DNA of 64,000 nt from Eledone cirrhosa (lineage: Eukaryota): contig OZ024741.1 of the NCBI GenBank assembly GCA_964016885.1, forward strand, positions 415,896,001 to 415,960,000. Direction: 5' to 3'. The stretch's first letter is position 1; each line of letters starts with the position of its first letter. The notes under the pieces are model-generated. The model was not told the DNA's origin and did no database searches. It saw only the letters and a program-made list of their open reading frames with translations. The translations under genes were made by a program, and so were the position numbers. Below, one piece after another: positions 16,044 to 31,589 of this stretch.

Positions 16044-19000
16044 ATGGCGTCTGTTATATTAACTGGGGTCTCTGTTATATTAACTGGGGTCTCTGTTATA
16101 TTAACTGAGGTCTCTGTTATATTAACTGGGGTCTCTGTTATATTAACTGGGGCCTCTATTATATTAACTGGGGTCGCTGTTATATTAAATGGGGTCTCTG
16201 TTATATTAACTGGGGTCTCTGTTATATTAAATGGTGCCACTATTATATTAACTGGGGCCTCTGTTATATTAACTGGGGTCTCTGTTATATTAACTGGGGT
16301 CTCTGTTATATTAACTAGGGCCTCTATTATATTAACTGGGGCCTCTGTTATATTAACTGGGGTCTCTGTTATATTAACTGGGTTCAGTTATATTAACTGG
16401 GGCCTCTGTTATATTAACTGGGGCCTCTGTTATATTAACTGGGGTCTCTGTTATATTAACTGGGGTCTCTGTCATGTTAACTGAGTATGTTATATTAACA
16501 GGGGCCTCTGTTATATTAACTGGGGCCTCTATTATAGTAACTGGGGCCTCTGTTATATTAACTGGGGTCTCTGTTATATTAACTGTGTTCTCTGTTATAT
16601 TAACTGGGGTCTCTATTATATTAACTGGGGTCTCTGTTATATTAACAGGGATCTCTGTTATATTAACAGGGGTCTCTGTTATATTAACTGGGGTCTCTGT
16701 TATATTAACTGGGGTCTGTTATATTAACTGGGGTCTCTGTTATATTAACTGGGGTCTCTGTTATATTAACTGGGGTATGTTATATTAACTGGGGTCTCTG
16801 TTATATTAACTGGGGTCTCTGTTATATTATCTGGGGTATCGTATATTAACTGGGGTCTCTGTTATATTAACTGGGGCTTCTATTATATTAGCTGGGGCCA
16901 CTGTTATATTAACTGGGGTCTCTGTTATATTAACTGGGGTCTCTGTTATATTAACTGGAGTATGTTATATTAACTGAGGTCTCTGTTATATTAACTGGGG
17001 TCTGTTATTAACTGGGGCCTCTATTATATTAACTGAGGTCTCTGTTATATTAACTGGGGTCTGTTATTAACTGGGGCCTCTATTATATTAACTGAGGCCT
17101 CTGTTATATTAACTGGGGTCTGTTATTAACTGGGGTCACTATTATATTAACTGGTGTCTCTGTTATATTAACTGGGGTCTCTGTTATATTAACTGGGGTC
17201 TGTTATATTAACTGGGGTCTCTGTTATATTAACTGCTGTCTCTGTTATATTAACTTGGGTCTGTTATCTTAACTGAGGTCTCTGTTATATTAACAGGGCT
17301 CTGTTATATTAACTGGTGTCTCTGTTATATTAACTGAGGTCTGTTATCTTAACTGGGGTCTCTGTTATATTAACTGGGTTCTCTGTTATATTAACTGGGG
17401 TCTGTTATTAACTGGGGCCTCTATTATATTAACTGAGGTCTCTGTTATATTAACTGGAGTCTCTGTTATATTAACTGGGTCTCTGTTATATTAAATGGCG
17501 TCTCTGTTATATTAACAGGGGTCTCTGTTATATTAACAGGGGTCTCTGTTATATTAACTGGGGTCTCTGTTATATTAACTGGGGGCTGTTATATTAACTG
17601 GGGTCTCTGTTATATTAACTGGGGTCTCTGTTATATTAACTGGGGTATGTTATATTAACTGGGGTCTCTGTTATATTAACTGGGGTCTCTGTTATATTAT
17701 CTGGGGTATCGTATATTAACTGGGGTCTCTGTTATATTAACTGGGGCCTCTATTATATTAGCTGGGGCCACTGTTATATTAACTGGGGTCTCTGTTATAA
17801 TAACTGGGTTCAGTTATATTAACTGGGGTCTCTGTTATATTAACTGAGGTCTCTGTAATATTAACTGGGGTCTCTGTTATATTAACTGAGGTCTCTGTTA
17901 TATTAACTGGGGCCTCTGTTATATTAACTGGGGTCTGTTATTAACTGGGGCCTCTATTATATTAACTGAGGTCTCTGTTATAATAACTGTGGTCTGTTAT
18001 TAACTGGGGCCTCTATTATATTAACTGAGGTCTCTTTTATATTAACTGGGGTCTGTTATTAACTGGGGCCTCTATTATATTAACTGAGGTCTCTGTTATA
18101 TTAACTGGGGTCTGTTATTAACTGGGGTCTCTATTATATTAACTGGGGGCTCTGTTATATTAACTGGGGTCTCTGTTATATTAACTGGGGTCTCTGTTAT
18201 ATTAACTGGGGTCTGTTATATTAACTGGGGTCTCTGTTATATTAACTGCTGTCTCTGTTATATTAACTGGGGTCTGTTATCTTAACTGAGGTCTCTGTTA
18301 TATTAACAGGGCTCTGTTATATTAACTGGTGTCTCTGTTATATTAACTGAGGTCTGTTATCTTAACTGGGGTCTCTGTTATATTAACTGGGTTCTCTGTT
18401 ATATTAACTGGGGTCTGTTATTAACTGGGGCCTCTATTATATTAACTGAGGTCTCTGTTATATTAACTGGAGTCTCTGTTATATTAACTGGGTCTCTGTT
18501 ATATTAAATGGCGTCTGTTATATTAACTGGGGTCTCTGTTATATTAACTGGGGTCTCTGTTATATTAACTGAGGTCTCTGTTATATTAACTGGGGTCTCT
18601 GTTATATTAACTGGGGCCTCTATTATATTAACTGGGGTCGCTGTTATATTAAATGGGGTCTCTGTTATATTAACTGGGGTCTCTGTTATATTAAATGGAG
18701 CCACTATTATATTAACTGGGGCCTCTGTTATATTAACTGGGGTCTCTGTTATATTAACTGGGGTCTCTGTTATATTAACTAGGGCCTCTATTATATTAAC
18801 TGGGGCCTCTGTTATATTAACTGGGGTCTCTGTTATATTAACTGGGTTCAGTTATATTAACTGGGGCCTCTGTTATATTAACTGGGGCCTCTGTTATATT
18901 AACTGGGGTCTCTGTTATATTAACTGGGGTCTCTGTCATGTTAACTGAGTATGTTATATTAACAGGGGCCTCTGTTATATTAACTGGGGCCTCTATTATA

Positions 19001-20951
19001 GTAACTGGGGCCTCTGTTATATTAACTGGGGTCTCTGTTATATTAACTGTGTTCTCTGTTATATTAACTGGGGTCTCTATTATATTAACTGGGGTCTCTG
19101 TTATATTAACAGGGATCTCTGTTATATTAACAGGGGTCTCTGTTATATTAACTGGGGTCTCTGTTATATTAACTGGGGTCTGTTATATTAACTGGGGTCT
19201 CTGTTATATTAACTGGGGTCTCTGTTATATTAACTGGGGTATGTTATATTAACTGGGGTCTCTGTTATATTAACTGGGGTCTCTGTTATATTATCTGGGG
19301 TATCGTATATTAACTGGGGTCTCTGTTATATTAACTGGGGCCTCTATTATATTAGCTGGGGCCACTGTTATATTAACTGGGGTCTCTGTTATATTAACTG
19401 GGGTCTCTGTTATATTAACTGGAGTATGTTATATTAACTGAGGTCTCTGTTATATTAACTGGGGTCTGTTATTAACTGGGGCCTCTATTATATTAACTGA
19501 GGTCTCTGTTATATTAACTGGGGTCTGTTATTAACTGGGGCCTCTATTATATTAACTGAGGCCTCTGTTATATTAACTGGGGTCTGTTATTAACTGGGGT
19601 CACTATTATATTAACTGGTGTCTCTGTTATATTAACTGGGGTCTCTGTTATATTAACTGGGGTCTGTTATATTAACTGGGGTCTCTGTTATATTAACTGC
19701 TGTCTCTGTTATATTAACTTGGGTCTGTTATCTTAACTGAGGTCTCTGTTATATTAACAGGGCTCTGTTATATTAACTGGTGTCTCTGTTATATTAACTG
19801 AGGTCTGTTATCTTAACTGGGGTCTCTGTTATATTAACTGGGTTCTCTGTTATATTAACTGGGGTATGTTATTAACTGGGGCCTCTATTATATTAACTGA
19901 GGTCTCTGTTATATTAACTGGAGTCTCTGTTATATTAACTGGGTCTCTGTTATATTAAATGGCGTCTCTGTTATATTAACAGGGGTCTCTGTTATATTAA
20001 CAGGGGTCTCTGTTATATTAACTGGGGTCTCTGTTATATTAACTGGGGGCTGTTATATTAACTGGGGTCTCTGTTATATTAACTGGGGTCTCTGTTATAT
20101 TAACTGGGGTATGTTATATTAACTGGGGTCTCTGTTATATTAACTGGGGTCTCTGTTATATTATCTGGGGTATCGTATATTAACTGGGGTCTCTGTTATA
20201 TTAACTGGGGCCTCTATTATATTAGCTGGGGCCACTGTTATATTAACTGGGGTCTCTGTTATAATAACTGGGTTCAGTTATATTAACTGGGGTCTCTGTT
20301 ATATTAACTGAGGTCTCTGTAATATTAACTGGGGTCTCTGTTATATTAACTGAGGTCTCTGTTATATTAACTGGGGCCTCTGTTATATTAACTGGGGTCT
20401 GTTATTAACTGGGGCCTCTATTATATTAACTGAGGTCTCTGTTATAATAACTGTGGTCTGTTATTAACTGGGGCCTCTATTATATTAACTGAGGTCTCTT
20501 TTATATTAACTGGGGTCTGTTATTAACTGGGGCCTCTATTATATTAACTGAGGTCTCTGTTATATTAACTGGGGTCTGTTATTAACTGGGGCCTCTATTA
20601 TATTAACTGGGGTCTCTGTTATATTAACTGGGGTCTCTGTTATATTAACTGGGGTCTATTATATTAACTGGGGTCTCTGTTATATTAAGTGGGGTCTCTT
20701 TTATATTAACTGGGGTCTGTTATCTTAACTGAGGTCTCTGTTATATTAACTGGGCTATGTTATATTAACTGGGGTCTCTGTTATATTAACTGAGGTCTGT
20801 TATCTTAACTGGGGTCTCTGTTATATTAACTGGGTTCTCTGTTATATTTTACTGGGGTCTGTTATTAACTGGGGCCTCTATTATATTAACTGAGGTCTCT
20901 GTTATATTAACTGGAGTCTCTGTTATATTAACTGGGTCTCTGTTATATTAA
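16044..20951. repeat. Nested ~2.46-kb tandem duplication inside the second 8.8-kb copy
   Basis: The same private markers recur, offset by 2464 bp (for example GGGGGCTGTT at 17581/20045 and landmarks at 16044/18508). Confidence 0.88.
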
Positions 20952-23900
20952 ATGGCGTCTGTTATATTAACTGGGGTCTCTGTTATATTAACTGGGGTCT
21001 CTGTTATATTAACTGGGGCCTCTGTTATATTAACTGAGGTCTCTGTTATATTAACTGGGGTCTCTGTTATATTAACTGGGGCCTATATTATATTAACTGG
21101 GGTCGCTGTTATATTAATTGGGGTCTCTGTTATATTAACTGGGGTCTCTGTTATATTAAATGGGGCTTCTATTATATTAACTGAGGCCTCTGTTATATTA
21201 ACTGGGGTCTCTGTTATATTAACTGGGGTCTCTGTTATATTAACTAGGGCCTCTATTATATTAACTGAGGCCTCTGTTATATTAACTGGGGTCTCTGTTA
21301 TATTAACTTGGTTCAGTTATATTAACTGGGGCCTCTGTTATATTAACTGGGGCCTCTGTTATATTAACTGGGGTCTCTGTAATATTAACTGGGGTCTCTG
21401 TCATGTTAACTGGGGTATGTTATATTAACTGGGACCTCTGTTATATTAACTGGGGCCTCTATTATAGTAACTGGGGCCTCTGTTATATTAACTGGGGTCT
21501 CTGTTATATTAACTGGGTTCAGTTATATTAACTGGGGCCTCTGTTATATTAACTGGGGCCTCTATTATAGTAACTGGGGCCTCTGTTATATTAACTGGGG
21601 TCTCTGTTATATTAACTGGGGTCTCTGTTATATTAACTGGGGTCTCTATTATATTAACTGGGGTCTCTGTTATATTAACAGGGGTCTCTGTTATATTAAC
21701 TGGGGTCTCTGTTATATTAACTGGGGTCTCTGTTATATTAACTGGGGTATGTTATATTAACTGGGGTCTCTGTTATATTAACTGGGGTCTCTGTTATATT
21801 AACAGAGGTATCGTATATTAACTGGGGTCTCTGTTATATTAACTGGGGCCTCTATTATATTAGCTGGGGCCTCTGTTATATTAACTGAGGTCTCTGTAAT
21901 ATTAACTGGGGCCTCTATTATATTAACTGGGGTCTCTGTTATATTAACTGGGGCCTCTATTATATTAACTGAGGTCTCTGTTATATTAACTGGGGTCTGT
22001 TATTAACTGGGGCCTCTATTATATTAACTGAGGTCTCTGTTATATTAACTGGGGTCTGTTATTAACTGGGGTCTCTATTATATTAATTGGGGTCTCTGTT
22101 ATATTAACTGGGGTCTCTGTTATATTAACTGGGGTCTGTTATATTAACTGGGGTCTCTGTTATATTAACTGGTGTCTCTGTTATATTAACTGGGGTCTGT
22201 TATCTTAACTGAGGTCTCTGTTATATTAACTGGGCTCTGTTATATTAACTGGTGTCTCTGTTATATTAACTGAGGTCTGTTATCTTAACTGGGGTCTCTG
22301 TTATATTAACTGGGTTCTCTGTTATATTAACTGGGGTCTGTTATTAACTGGGGCCTCTATTATATTAACTGAGGTCTCTGTTATATTAACTGGAGTCTCT
22401 GTTATATTAACTGGGTCTCTGTTATATTAAATGGCGTCTGTTATATTAACTGGGGTCTCTGTTATATTAACTGGGGTCTCTGTTATATTAACTGGGGTCT
22501 CTGTTATATTAACTGGGGCCTCTATTATATTAACTGGGGTCGCTGTTATATTAAATGGGGTCTCTGTTATATTAACTGGGGTCTCTGTTATATTAAATGG
22601 GGCCTCTATTATATTAACTGGGGCCTCTGTTATATTAACTGGGGTCTCTGTTATATTAACTGGGGTTTCTGTTATATTAACTAGGGCCTCTATTATATTA
22701 ACTGGGGCCTCTGTTATATTAACTGGGGTCGCTGTTATATTAACTGGGTTCAGTTATATTAACTGGGGTCTCTGTTATATTAACTGGGGTCTCTGTTATA
22801 TTAACTGGGGTCTCTGTCATGTTAACTGGGGTATGTTATATTAACTGGGGCCTCTGTTATATTAACTGGGGCCTCTATTATAGTAACTGAAGCCTCTGTT
22901 ATATTAACTGGGGTCTCTGTTATATTAACAGGGGTCTCTGTTATATTAACAGGGGTCTCTGATATATTAACTGGGGTCTCTGTTATATTAACTGGGGTCT
23001 GTTATATTAACTGGGGTCTCTGTTATATTAACTGGGGTCTCTGTCATATTAACTGGGTTATGTTATATTAACTGGGGTCTCTGTTATATTAACTGGGGTA
23101 TCGTATATTAACTGGGGTCTCTGTTATATTAACTGGGGCCTCTATTATATTAGCTGGGGCCACTGTTATGTTAACTGGGGTCTCTGTTATAATAACTGGG
23201 TTCAGTTATATTAACTGGGGTCTCTGTTATATTAACTGAGGTCTCTGTAATATTAACTGGGGCCTCTATTATATTAACTGGGGTCTCTGTTATATTAACA
23301 GGGGTCTCTGTTATATTAACAGGGGTCTCTGTTATATTAACTGGGGTCTCTGTTATATTATCTGGGGTCTGTTATATTAACTGGGGTCTCTGTTATATTA
23401 ACTGGGGTCTCTGTTATATTAACTGGGGTATGTTATATTAACTGAGGTCTCTGTTATATTAACTGGGGTCTGTTATTAACTGGGGCCTCTATTATATTAA
23501 CTGAGGTCTCTGTTATATTAACTGGGGTCTGTTATTAACTGGGGCCTCTATTATATTAACTGAGGTCTCTGTTATATTAACTGGGGTCTGTTATTAACTG
23601 GGGTCTCTATTATATTAACTGGGGTCTCTGTTATATTAACTGGGGTCTCTGTTATATTAACTGGGGTCTGTTATATTAACTGGGGTCTCTGTTATATTAA
23701 CTGGTGTCTCTGTTATATTAACTGGGGTCTGTTATCTTAACTGAGGTCTCTGTTATATTAACTGGGCTCTGTTATATTAACTGGTGTCTCTGTTATATTA
23801 ACTGAGGTCTGTTATCTTAACTGGGGTCTCTGTTATATTAACTGGGTTCTCTGTTATATTAACTGGGGTCTGTTATTAACTGGGGCCTCTATTATATTAA

Positions 23901-26900
23901 CTGAGGTCTCTGTTATATTAACTGGAGTCTCTGTTATATTAACTGGGTCTCTGTTATATTAAATGGCGTCTGTTATATTAACTGGGGTCTCTGTTATATT
24001 AACTGGGGTCTCTGTTATATTAACTGAGGTCTCTGTTATATTAACTGGGGTCTCTGTTATATTAACTGGGGCCCCTATTATATTAACTGGGGTCTCTGTT
24101 ATATTAAATGGGGCCTCTATTATATTAACTGGGGCCTCTGTTATATTAACTGGGGTCTCTGTTATATTAACTGGGGTCTCTGTTATATTAAATAGGGCCT
24201 CTGTTATATTAACTGGGGTCTCTGTTATATTAACTGGGTTCAGTTATATTAACTGGGGCCTCTGTTATATTAACTGGGGCCTCTGTTATATTAACTGGGG
24301 TCTCTGTTATATTAACTGGGGTCTCTGTCATGTTAACTGGGTATGTTATATTAACTGGGGCCTCTGTTATATTAACTGGAGCCTCTATTATAGTAACTGG
24401 GGCCTCTGTTATATTAACTGGGGTCTCTGTTATATTAACTGGGGTCTCTGTTATATTAACTGGGGTCTCTATTATATTAACTGGGGTCTCTGTTATATTA
24501 ACAGGGGTCTCTGTTATATTAACAGGGGTGTCTGTTATATTAACTGGGGTCTCTGTTATATTAACTGGGGTCTGTTATATTAACTGGGGTCTCTGTTATA
24601 TTAACTGGGGTCTCTGTTATATTAACTGGGGTATGTTATATTAAATGGGGTCTCTGTTATATTAACTGGGGTCTCTGTTATATTAACTGGGGCCTCTATT
24701 ATATTAGCTGGGGCCACTGTTATATTAACTGGGGTCTCTGTTATAATAACTGGGTTCAGTTATATTAACTGGGGTCTCTGTTATATTAACTGAGGTCTCT
24801 GTAATATTAACTGTGGCCTCTATTATATTAACTGGGGTCTCTGTTATATTAACTGGGGTCTCTGTTATATTAAATGGCATCTGTTATATTAACTGGGGTC
24901 TCTGTTATATTAACTGAGGTCTCTGTTATATTAACTGGGGCCTCTGTTATATTAACTGGGGTCTGTTATTAACTGGGGCCTCTATTATATTAACTGAGGT
25001 CTCTGTTATAATAACTGGGGTCTGTTATTAACTGGGGCCTCTATTATATTAACTGAGGTCTCTTTTATATTAACTGGGGTCTGTTATTAACTGGGGCCTC
25101 TATTATATTAACTGAGGTCTCTGTTATATTAACTGGGGTCTGTTATTAACTGGGGCCTCTATTATATTAACTGGGGTCTCTGTTATATTAACTGGGGTCT
25201 CTGTTATATTAACTGGGGTCTGTTATATTAACTGGGGTCTCTGTTATATTAAGTGGGGACTCTTTTATATTAACTGGGGTCTGTTATCTTAACTGAGGTC
25301 TCTGTTATATTAACTGGGCTCTGTTATATTAACTGGGGTCTCTGTTATATTAACTGAGGTCTGTTATCTTAACTGGGGTCTCTGTTATATTAACTGGGTT
25401 CTCTGTTATATTTTACTGGGGTCTGTTATTAACTGGCGCCTCTATTATATTAACTGAGGTCTCTGTTATATTAACTGGAGTCTCTGTTATATTAACTGGG
25501 TCTCTGTTATATTAAATGGTGTCTGTTATATTAACTGGGGTCTCTGTTATATTAAGTGGGGTCTCTGTTATATTAACTGGGGCCTCTGTTATATTAACTG
25601 GGGTCTCTGTTATATTAACTGGGGCCTATATTATATTAACTGGGGTCGCTGTTATATTAATTGGGGTCTCTGTTATATTAACTGGGGTCTCTGTTATATT
25701 AAATGGGGCCTCTATTATATTAACTGGGGCCTCTGTTATATTAACTGGGGTCTCTGTTATATTAACTAGGGCCTCTATTATATTAACTGAGGACTCTGTT
25801 ATATTAACTGGGGTCTCTGTTATATTAACTGGGTTCAGTTATATTAACTGGGGCCTCTGTTATATTAACTGGGGTCTCTGTTATATTAACAGGGGTCTCT
25901 GTTATATTAACTGGGGTCTCTGTTATATTAACTGGGGTCTCTGTTATATTAACTGGGGTCTCTGTTATATTAACTGGGGTATGTTATATTAACTGGGGTC
26001 TCTGTTATATTAACTGGGGTCTCTGTTATATTAACAGAGGTATCGTATATTAACTGGGGTCTCTGTTATATTAACTGGGGCCTCTATTATATTAGCTGGG
26101 GCCTCTGTTATATTATCTGGGGTCTCTGTTATATTAACTGAGGTCTCTGTAATATTAACTGGGGCCTCTATTATATTAACTGGGGTCTCTGTTATATTAA
26201 CTGGGGCCTCTATTATATTAACTGAGGTCTCTGTTATATTAACTGGGGTCTGTTATTAACTGGGGCCTCTATTATATTAACTGAGGTCTCTGTTATATTA
26301 ACTGGGGTCTGTTATTAACTGGGGCCTCTATTATATTAACTGAGGTCTCTGTTATATTAACTGGGGTCTGTTATTAACTGGGGCCTCTATTATATTAACT
26401 GAGGTCTCTATTATATTAACTGGGGTCTCTGTTATATTAACTGGGGTCTATGTTATATTAACTGGGGTCTGTTATATTAACTGGGGTCTCTGTTATATTA
26501 ACTGGTGTCTCTGTTATATTAACTGGGGTCTGTTATCTTAACTGAGGTCTCTGTTATATTAACTGGGCTCTGTTATATTAACTGGTGTCTCTGTTATATT
26601 AACTGAGGTCTGTTATCTTAACTGGGGTCTCTGTTATATTAACTGGGTTCTCTGTTATATTAACTGGGGTCTGTTATTAACTAGGGCCTCTATTATATTA
26701 ACTGAGGTCTCTGTTATATTAACTGGAGTCTCTGTTATATTAACTGGGTCTCTGTTATATTAAATGGCGTCTGTTATATTAACTGGGGTCTCTGTTATAT
26801 TAACTGGGGTCTCTGTTATATTAACTGGGGTCTCTGTTATATTAACTGGGGTCTCTGTTATATTAACTGGGGCCTCTATTATATTAACTGGGGTCGCTGT

Positions 26901-29789
26901 TATATTAAATGGGGTCTCTGTTATATTAACTGGGGTCTCTGTTATATTAAATGGGGCCTCTATTATATTAACTGGGGCCTCTGTTATATTAACTGGGGTC
27001 TCTGTTATATTAACTGGGGTCTCTGTTATATTAACTAGGGCCTCTATTATATTAACTGGGGCCTCTGTTATATTAACTGGGGTCGCTGTTATATTAACTG
27101 GGTTCAGTTATATTAACTGGGGTCTCTGTTATATTAACTGGGGTCTCTGTTATATTAACTGGGGTCTCTGTCATGTTAACTGGGGTATGTTATATTAACT
27201 GGGGCCTCTGTTATATTAACTGGGGCCTCTATTATAGTAACTGAAGCCTCTGTTATATTAACTGGGGTCTCTGTTATATTAACTGGGGTCTCTGTTATAT
27301 TAACTGGGGTCTCTATTATATTAACTGGGGTCTCTGTTATATTAACAGGGGTCTCTGTTATATTAACAGGGGTCTCTGTTATATAAACTGGGGTCTCTGT
27401 TATATTAACTGGGGTCTGTTATATTAACTGGGGTCTCTGTTATATTAACTGGGGTCTCTGTCATATTAACTGGGTTATGTTATATTAACTGGGGTCTCTG
27501 TTATATTAACTGGGGTCTCTGTTATATTAACTGGGGTATCGTATATTAACTGGGGTCTCTGTTATATTAACTGGGGCCTCTATTATATTAGCTGGGGCCA
27601 CTGTTATGTTAACTGAGGTCTCTGTTATAATAACTGGGTTCAGTTATATTAACTGGGGTCTCTGTTATATTAACTGAGGTCTCTGTAATATTAACTGGGG
27701 TCTGTTATTAACTGGGGCCTCTATTATATTAACTGAGGTCTCTTTTATATTAACTGGGGTCTGTTATTAACTGGGGCCTCTATTATATTAACTGAGGTCT
27801 CTGTTATATTAACTGGGGTCTGTTATTAACTGGGGCCTCTATTATATTAACTGGGGTCTCTGTTATATTAACTGGGGTCTCTGTTATATTAACTGGGGTC
27901 TATTATATTAACTGGGGTCTCTGTTATATTAAGTGGGGTCTCTTTTATATTAACTGGGGTCTGTTATCTTAACTGAGGTCTCTGTTATATTAACTGGGCT
28001 ATGTTATATTAACTGGGGTCTCTGTTATATTAACTGAGGTCTGTTATCTTAACTGGGGTCTCTGTTATATTAACTGGGTTCTCTGTTATATTTTACTGGG
28101 GTCTGTTATTAACTGGGGCCTCTATTATATTAACTGAGGTCTCTGTTATATTAACTGGAGTCTCTGTTATATTAACTGGGTCTCTGTTATATTAAATGGC
28201 GTCTGTTATATTAACTGGGGTCTCTGTTATATTAACTGGGGTCTCTGTTATATTAACTGGGGCCTCTGTTATATTAACTGAGGTCTCTGTTATATTAAAT
28301 GGGGTCTCTGTTATATTAACTGGGGTCTCTGTTATATTAAATGGGGCCTCTATTATATTAACTGAGGCCTCTGTTATATTAACTGGGGTCTCTGTTATAT
28401 TAACTGGGGTCTCTGTTATATTAACTAGGACCTCTATTATATTAACTGAGGCCTCTGTTATATTAACTGGGGTCTCTGTTATATTAACTGGGTTCAGTTA
28501 TATTAACTGGGGCCTCTGTTATATTAACTGGGGCCTCTGTTATATTAACTGAGGTCTCTGTAATATTAACTGGGGTCTCTGTCATGTTAACTGGGGTATG
28601 TTATATTAACTGGGACCTCTGTTATATTAACTGGGGCCTCTATTATAGTAACTGGGGCCTCTGTTATATTAACTGGGGTCTCTGTTATATTAACTGGGTT
28701 CAGTTATATTAACTGGGGCCTCTGTTATATTAACTGGGGCCTCTATTATAGTAACTGGGGCCTCTGTTATATTAACTGGGGTCTCTGTTATATTAACTGG
28801 GGTCTCTGTTATATTAACTGGGGTCTCTATTATATTAACTGGGGTCTCTGTTATATTAACAGGGGTCTCTGTTATATTAACTGGGGTCTCTGTTATATTA
28901 ACTGGGGTCTCTGTTATATTAACTGGGGTCTCTGTTATATTAACTGGGGTATGTTATATTAACTGGGGTCTCTGTTATATTAACTGGGGTCTCTGTTATA
29001 TTAACAGAGGTATCGTATATTAACTGGGGTCTCTGTTATATTAACTGGGGCCTCTATTATATTAGCTGGGGCCTCTGTTATATTAACTGGGGTCTCTGTT
29101 ATATTAACTGAGGTCTCTGTAATATTAACTGGGGCCTCTATTATATTAACTGAGGTCTCTGTTATATTAACTGGGGTCTGTTATTAACTGGGGCCTCTAT
29201 TATATTAACTGAGGTCTCTGTTATATTAACTGGGGTCTGTTATTAACTGGGGCCTCTATTATATTAACTGAGGTCTCTGTTATATTAACTGGGGTCTGTT
29301 ATTAACTGGGGCCTCTATTATATTAACTGAGGTCTCTGTTATATTAACTGGGGTCTGTTATTAACTGGGGTCTCTATTATATTAACTGGGGTCTCTGTTA
29401 TATTAACTGGGGTCTATGTTATATTAACTGGGGTCTGTTATATTAACTGGGGTCTCTGTTATATTAACTGGTGTCTCTGTTATATTAACTGGGGTCTGTT
29501 ACCTTAACTGAGGTCTCTGTTATATTAACTGGGCTCTGTTATATTAACTGGTGTCTCTGTTATATTAACTGAGGTCTGTTATCTTAACTGGGGTCTCTGT
29601 TATATTAACTGGGTTCTCTGTTATATTAACTGGGGTCTGTTATTAACTGGGGCCTCTATTATATTAACTGAGGTCTCTGTTATATTAACTGGAGTCTCTG
29701 TTATATTAACTGGGTCTCTGTTATATTAAATGGCGTCTGTTATATTAACTGGGGTCTCTGTTATATTAACTGGGGTCTCTGTTATATTA

Positions 29790-31120
29790 ACTGGGGTCTC
29801 TGTTATATTAACTGGGGTCTCTGTTATATTAACTGGGGCCTCTATTATATTAACTGGGGTCGCTGTTATATTAAATGGGGTCTCTGTTATATTAACTGGG
29901 GTCTCTGTTATATTAAATGGGGCCTCTATTATATTAACTGGGGCCTCTGTTATATTAACTGGGGTCTCTGTTATATTAACTGGGGTCTCTGTTATATTAA
30001 CTAGGGCCTCTATTATATTAACTGGGGCCTCTGTTATATTAACTGGGGTCGCTGTTATATTAACTGGGTTCAGTTATATTAACTGGGGTCTCTGTTATAT
30101 TAACTGGGGTCTCTGTTATATTAACTGGGGTCTCTGTCATGTTAACTGGGGTATGTTATATTAACTGGGGCCTCTGTTATATTAACTGGGGCCTCTATTA
30201 TAGTAACTGAAGCCTCTGTTATATTAACTGGGGTCTCTGTTATATTAACTGGGGTCTCTGTTATATTAACTGGGGTCTCTATTATATTAACTGGGGTCTC
30301 TGTTATATTAACAGGGGTCTCTGTTATATTAACAGGGGTCTCTGTTATATAAACTGGGGTCTCTGTTATATTAACTGGGGTCTGTTATATTAACTGGGGT
30401 CTCTGTTATATTAACTGGGGTCTCTGTCATATTAACTGGGTTATGTTATATTAACTGGGGTCTCTGTTATATTAACTGGGGTCTCTGTTATATTAACTGG
30501 GGCCTCTATTATATTAACTGGGGTCGCTGTTATATTAAATGGGGTCTCTGTTATATTAACTGGGGTCTCTGTTATATTAAATGGGGCCTCTATTATATTA
30601 ACTGGGGCCTCTGTTATATTAACTGGGGTCTCTGTTATATTAACTGGGGTCTCTGTTATATTAACTAGGGCCTCTATTATATTAACTGGGGCCTCTGTTA
30701 TATTAACTGGGGTCGCTGTTATATTAACTGGGTTCAGTTATATTAACTGGGGTCTCTGTTATATTAACTGGGGTCTCTGTTATATTAACTGGGGTCTCTG
30801 TCATGTTAACTGGGGTATGTTATATTAACTGGGGCCTCTGTTATATTAACTGGGGCCTCTATTATAGTAACTGAAGCCTCTGTTATATTAACTGGGGTCT
30901 CTGTTATATTAACTGGGGTCTCTGTTATATTAACTGGGGTCTCTATTATATTAACTGGGGTCTCTGTTATATTAACAGGGGTCTCTGTTATATTAACAGG
31001 GGTCTCTGTTATATAAACTGGGGTCTCTGTTATATTAACTGGGGTCTGTTATATTAACTGGGGTCTCTGTTATATTAACTGGGGTCTCTGTCATATTAAC
31101 TGGGTTAAGTTATATTAACT
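29790..31120. repeat. 664-bp local tandem duplication within a C-type HOR unit
   Basis: GTCGCT at 29859/30523 and CTGAAGCC at 30207/30871 are both offset by 664 bp. Confidence 0.85.
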
Positions 31121-31589
31121 GGGGTCTCTGTTATATTAACTGGGGTCTCTGTTATATTAACTGGGGTATCGTATATTAACTGGGGTCTCTGTTATATTAA
31201 CTGGGGCCTCTATTATATTAGCTGGGGCCACTGTTATGTTAACTGAGGTCTCTGTTATACTAACTGGGTTCAGTTATATTAACTGGGGTCTCTGTTATAT
31301 TAACTGAGGTCTCTGTAATATTAACTGGGGTCTGTTATTAACTGGGGCCTCTATTATATTAACTGAGGTCTCTTTTATATTAACTGGGGTCTGTTATTAA
31401 CTGGGGCCTCTATTATATTAACTGAGGTCTCTGTTATATTAACTGGGGTCTGTTATTAACTGGGGCCTCTATTATATTAACTGGGGTCTCTGTTATATTA
31501 ACTGGGGTCTCTGTTATATTAACTGGGGTCTATTATATTAACTGGGGTCTCTGTTATATTAAGTGGGGTCTCTTTTATATTAACTGGGG

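Larger units (their letters stand above)
4770..22365. repeat. Tandem block duplication, two copies of ~8.75-8.85 kb, junction near 13520
   Basis: Offsets of matching landmarks: 4815/13562 (GGGGTTTCTG, 8747), 5707/14472 (8765), 7281/16044 (8763), 9745/18508 (8763), 12105/20952 (8847). The changes in offset are explained by visible 1-, 17-, 2- and 84-bp indels. Private variants shared by both copies include GGGATATCG, GGGGCTTCTATT and CTTGGTTCAG. Confidence 0.88.
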
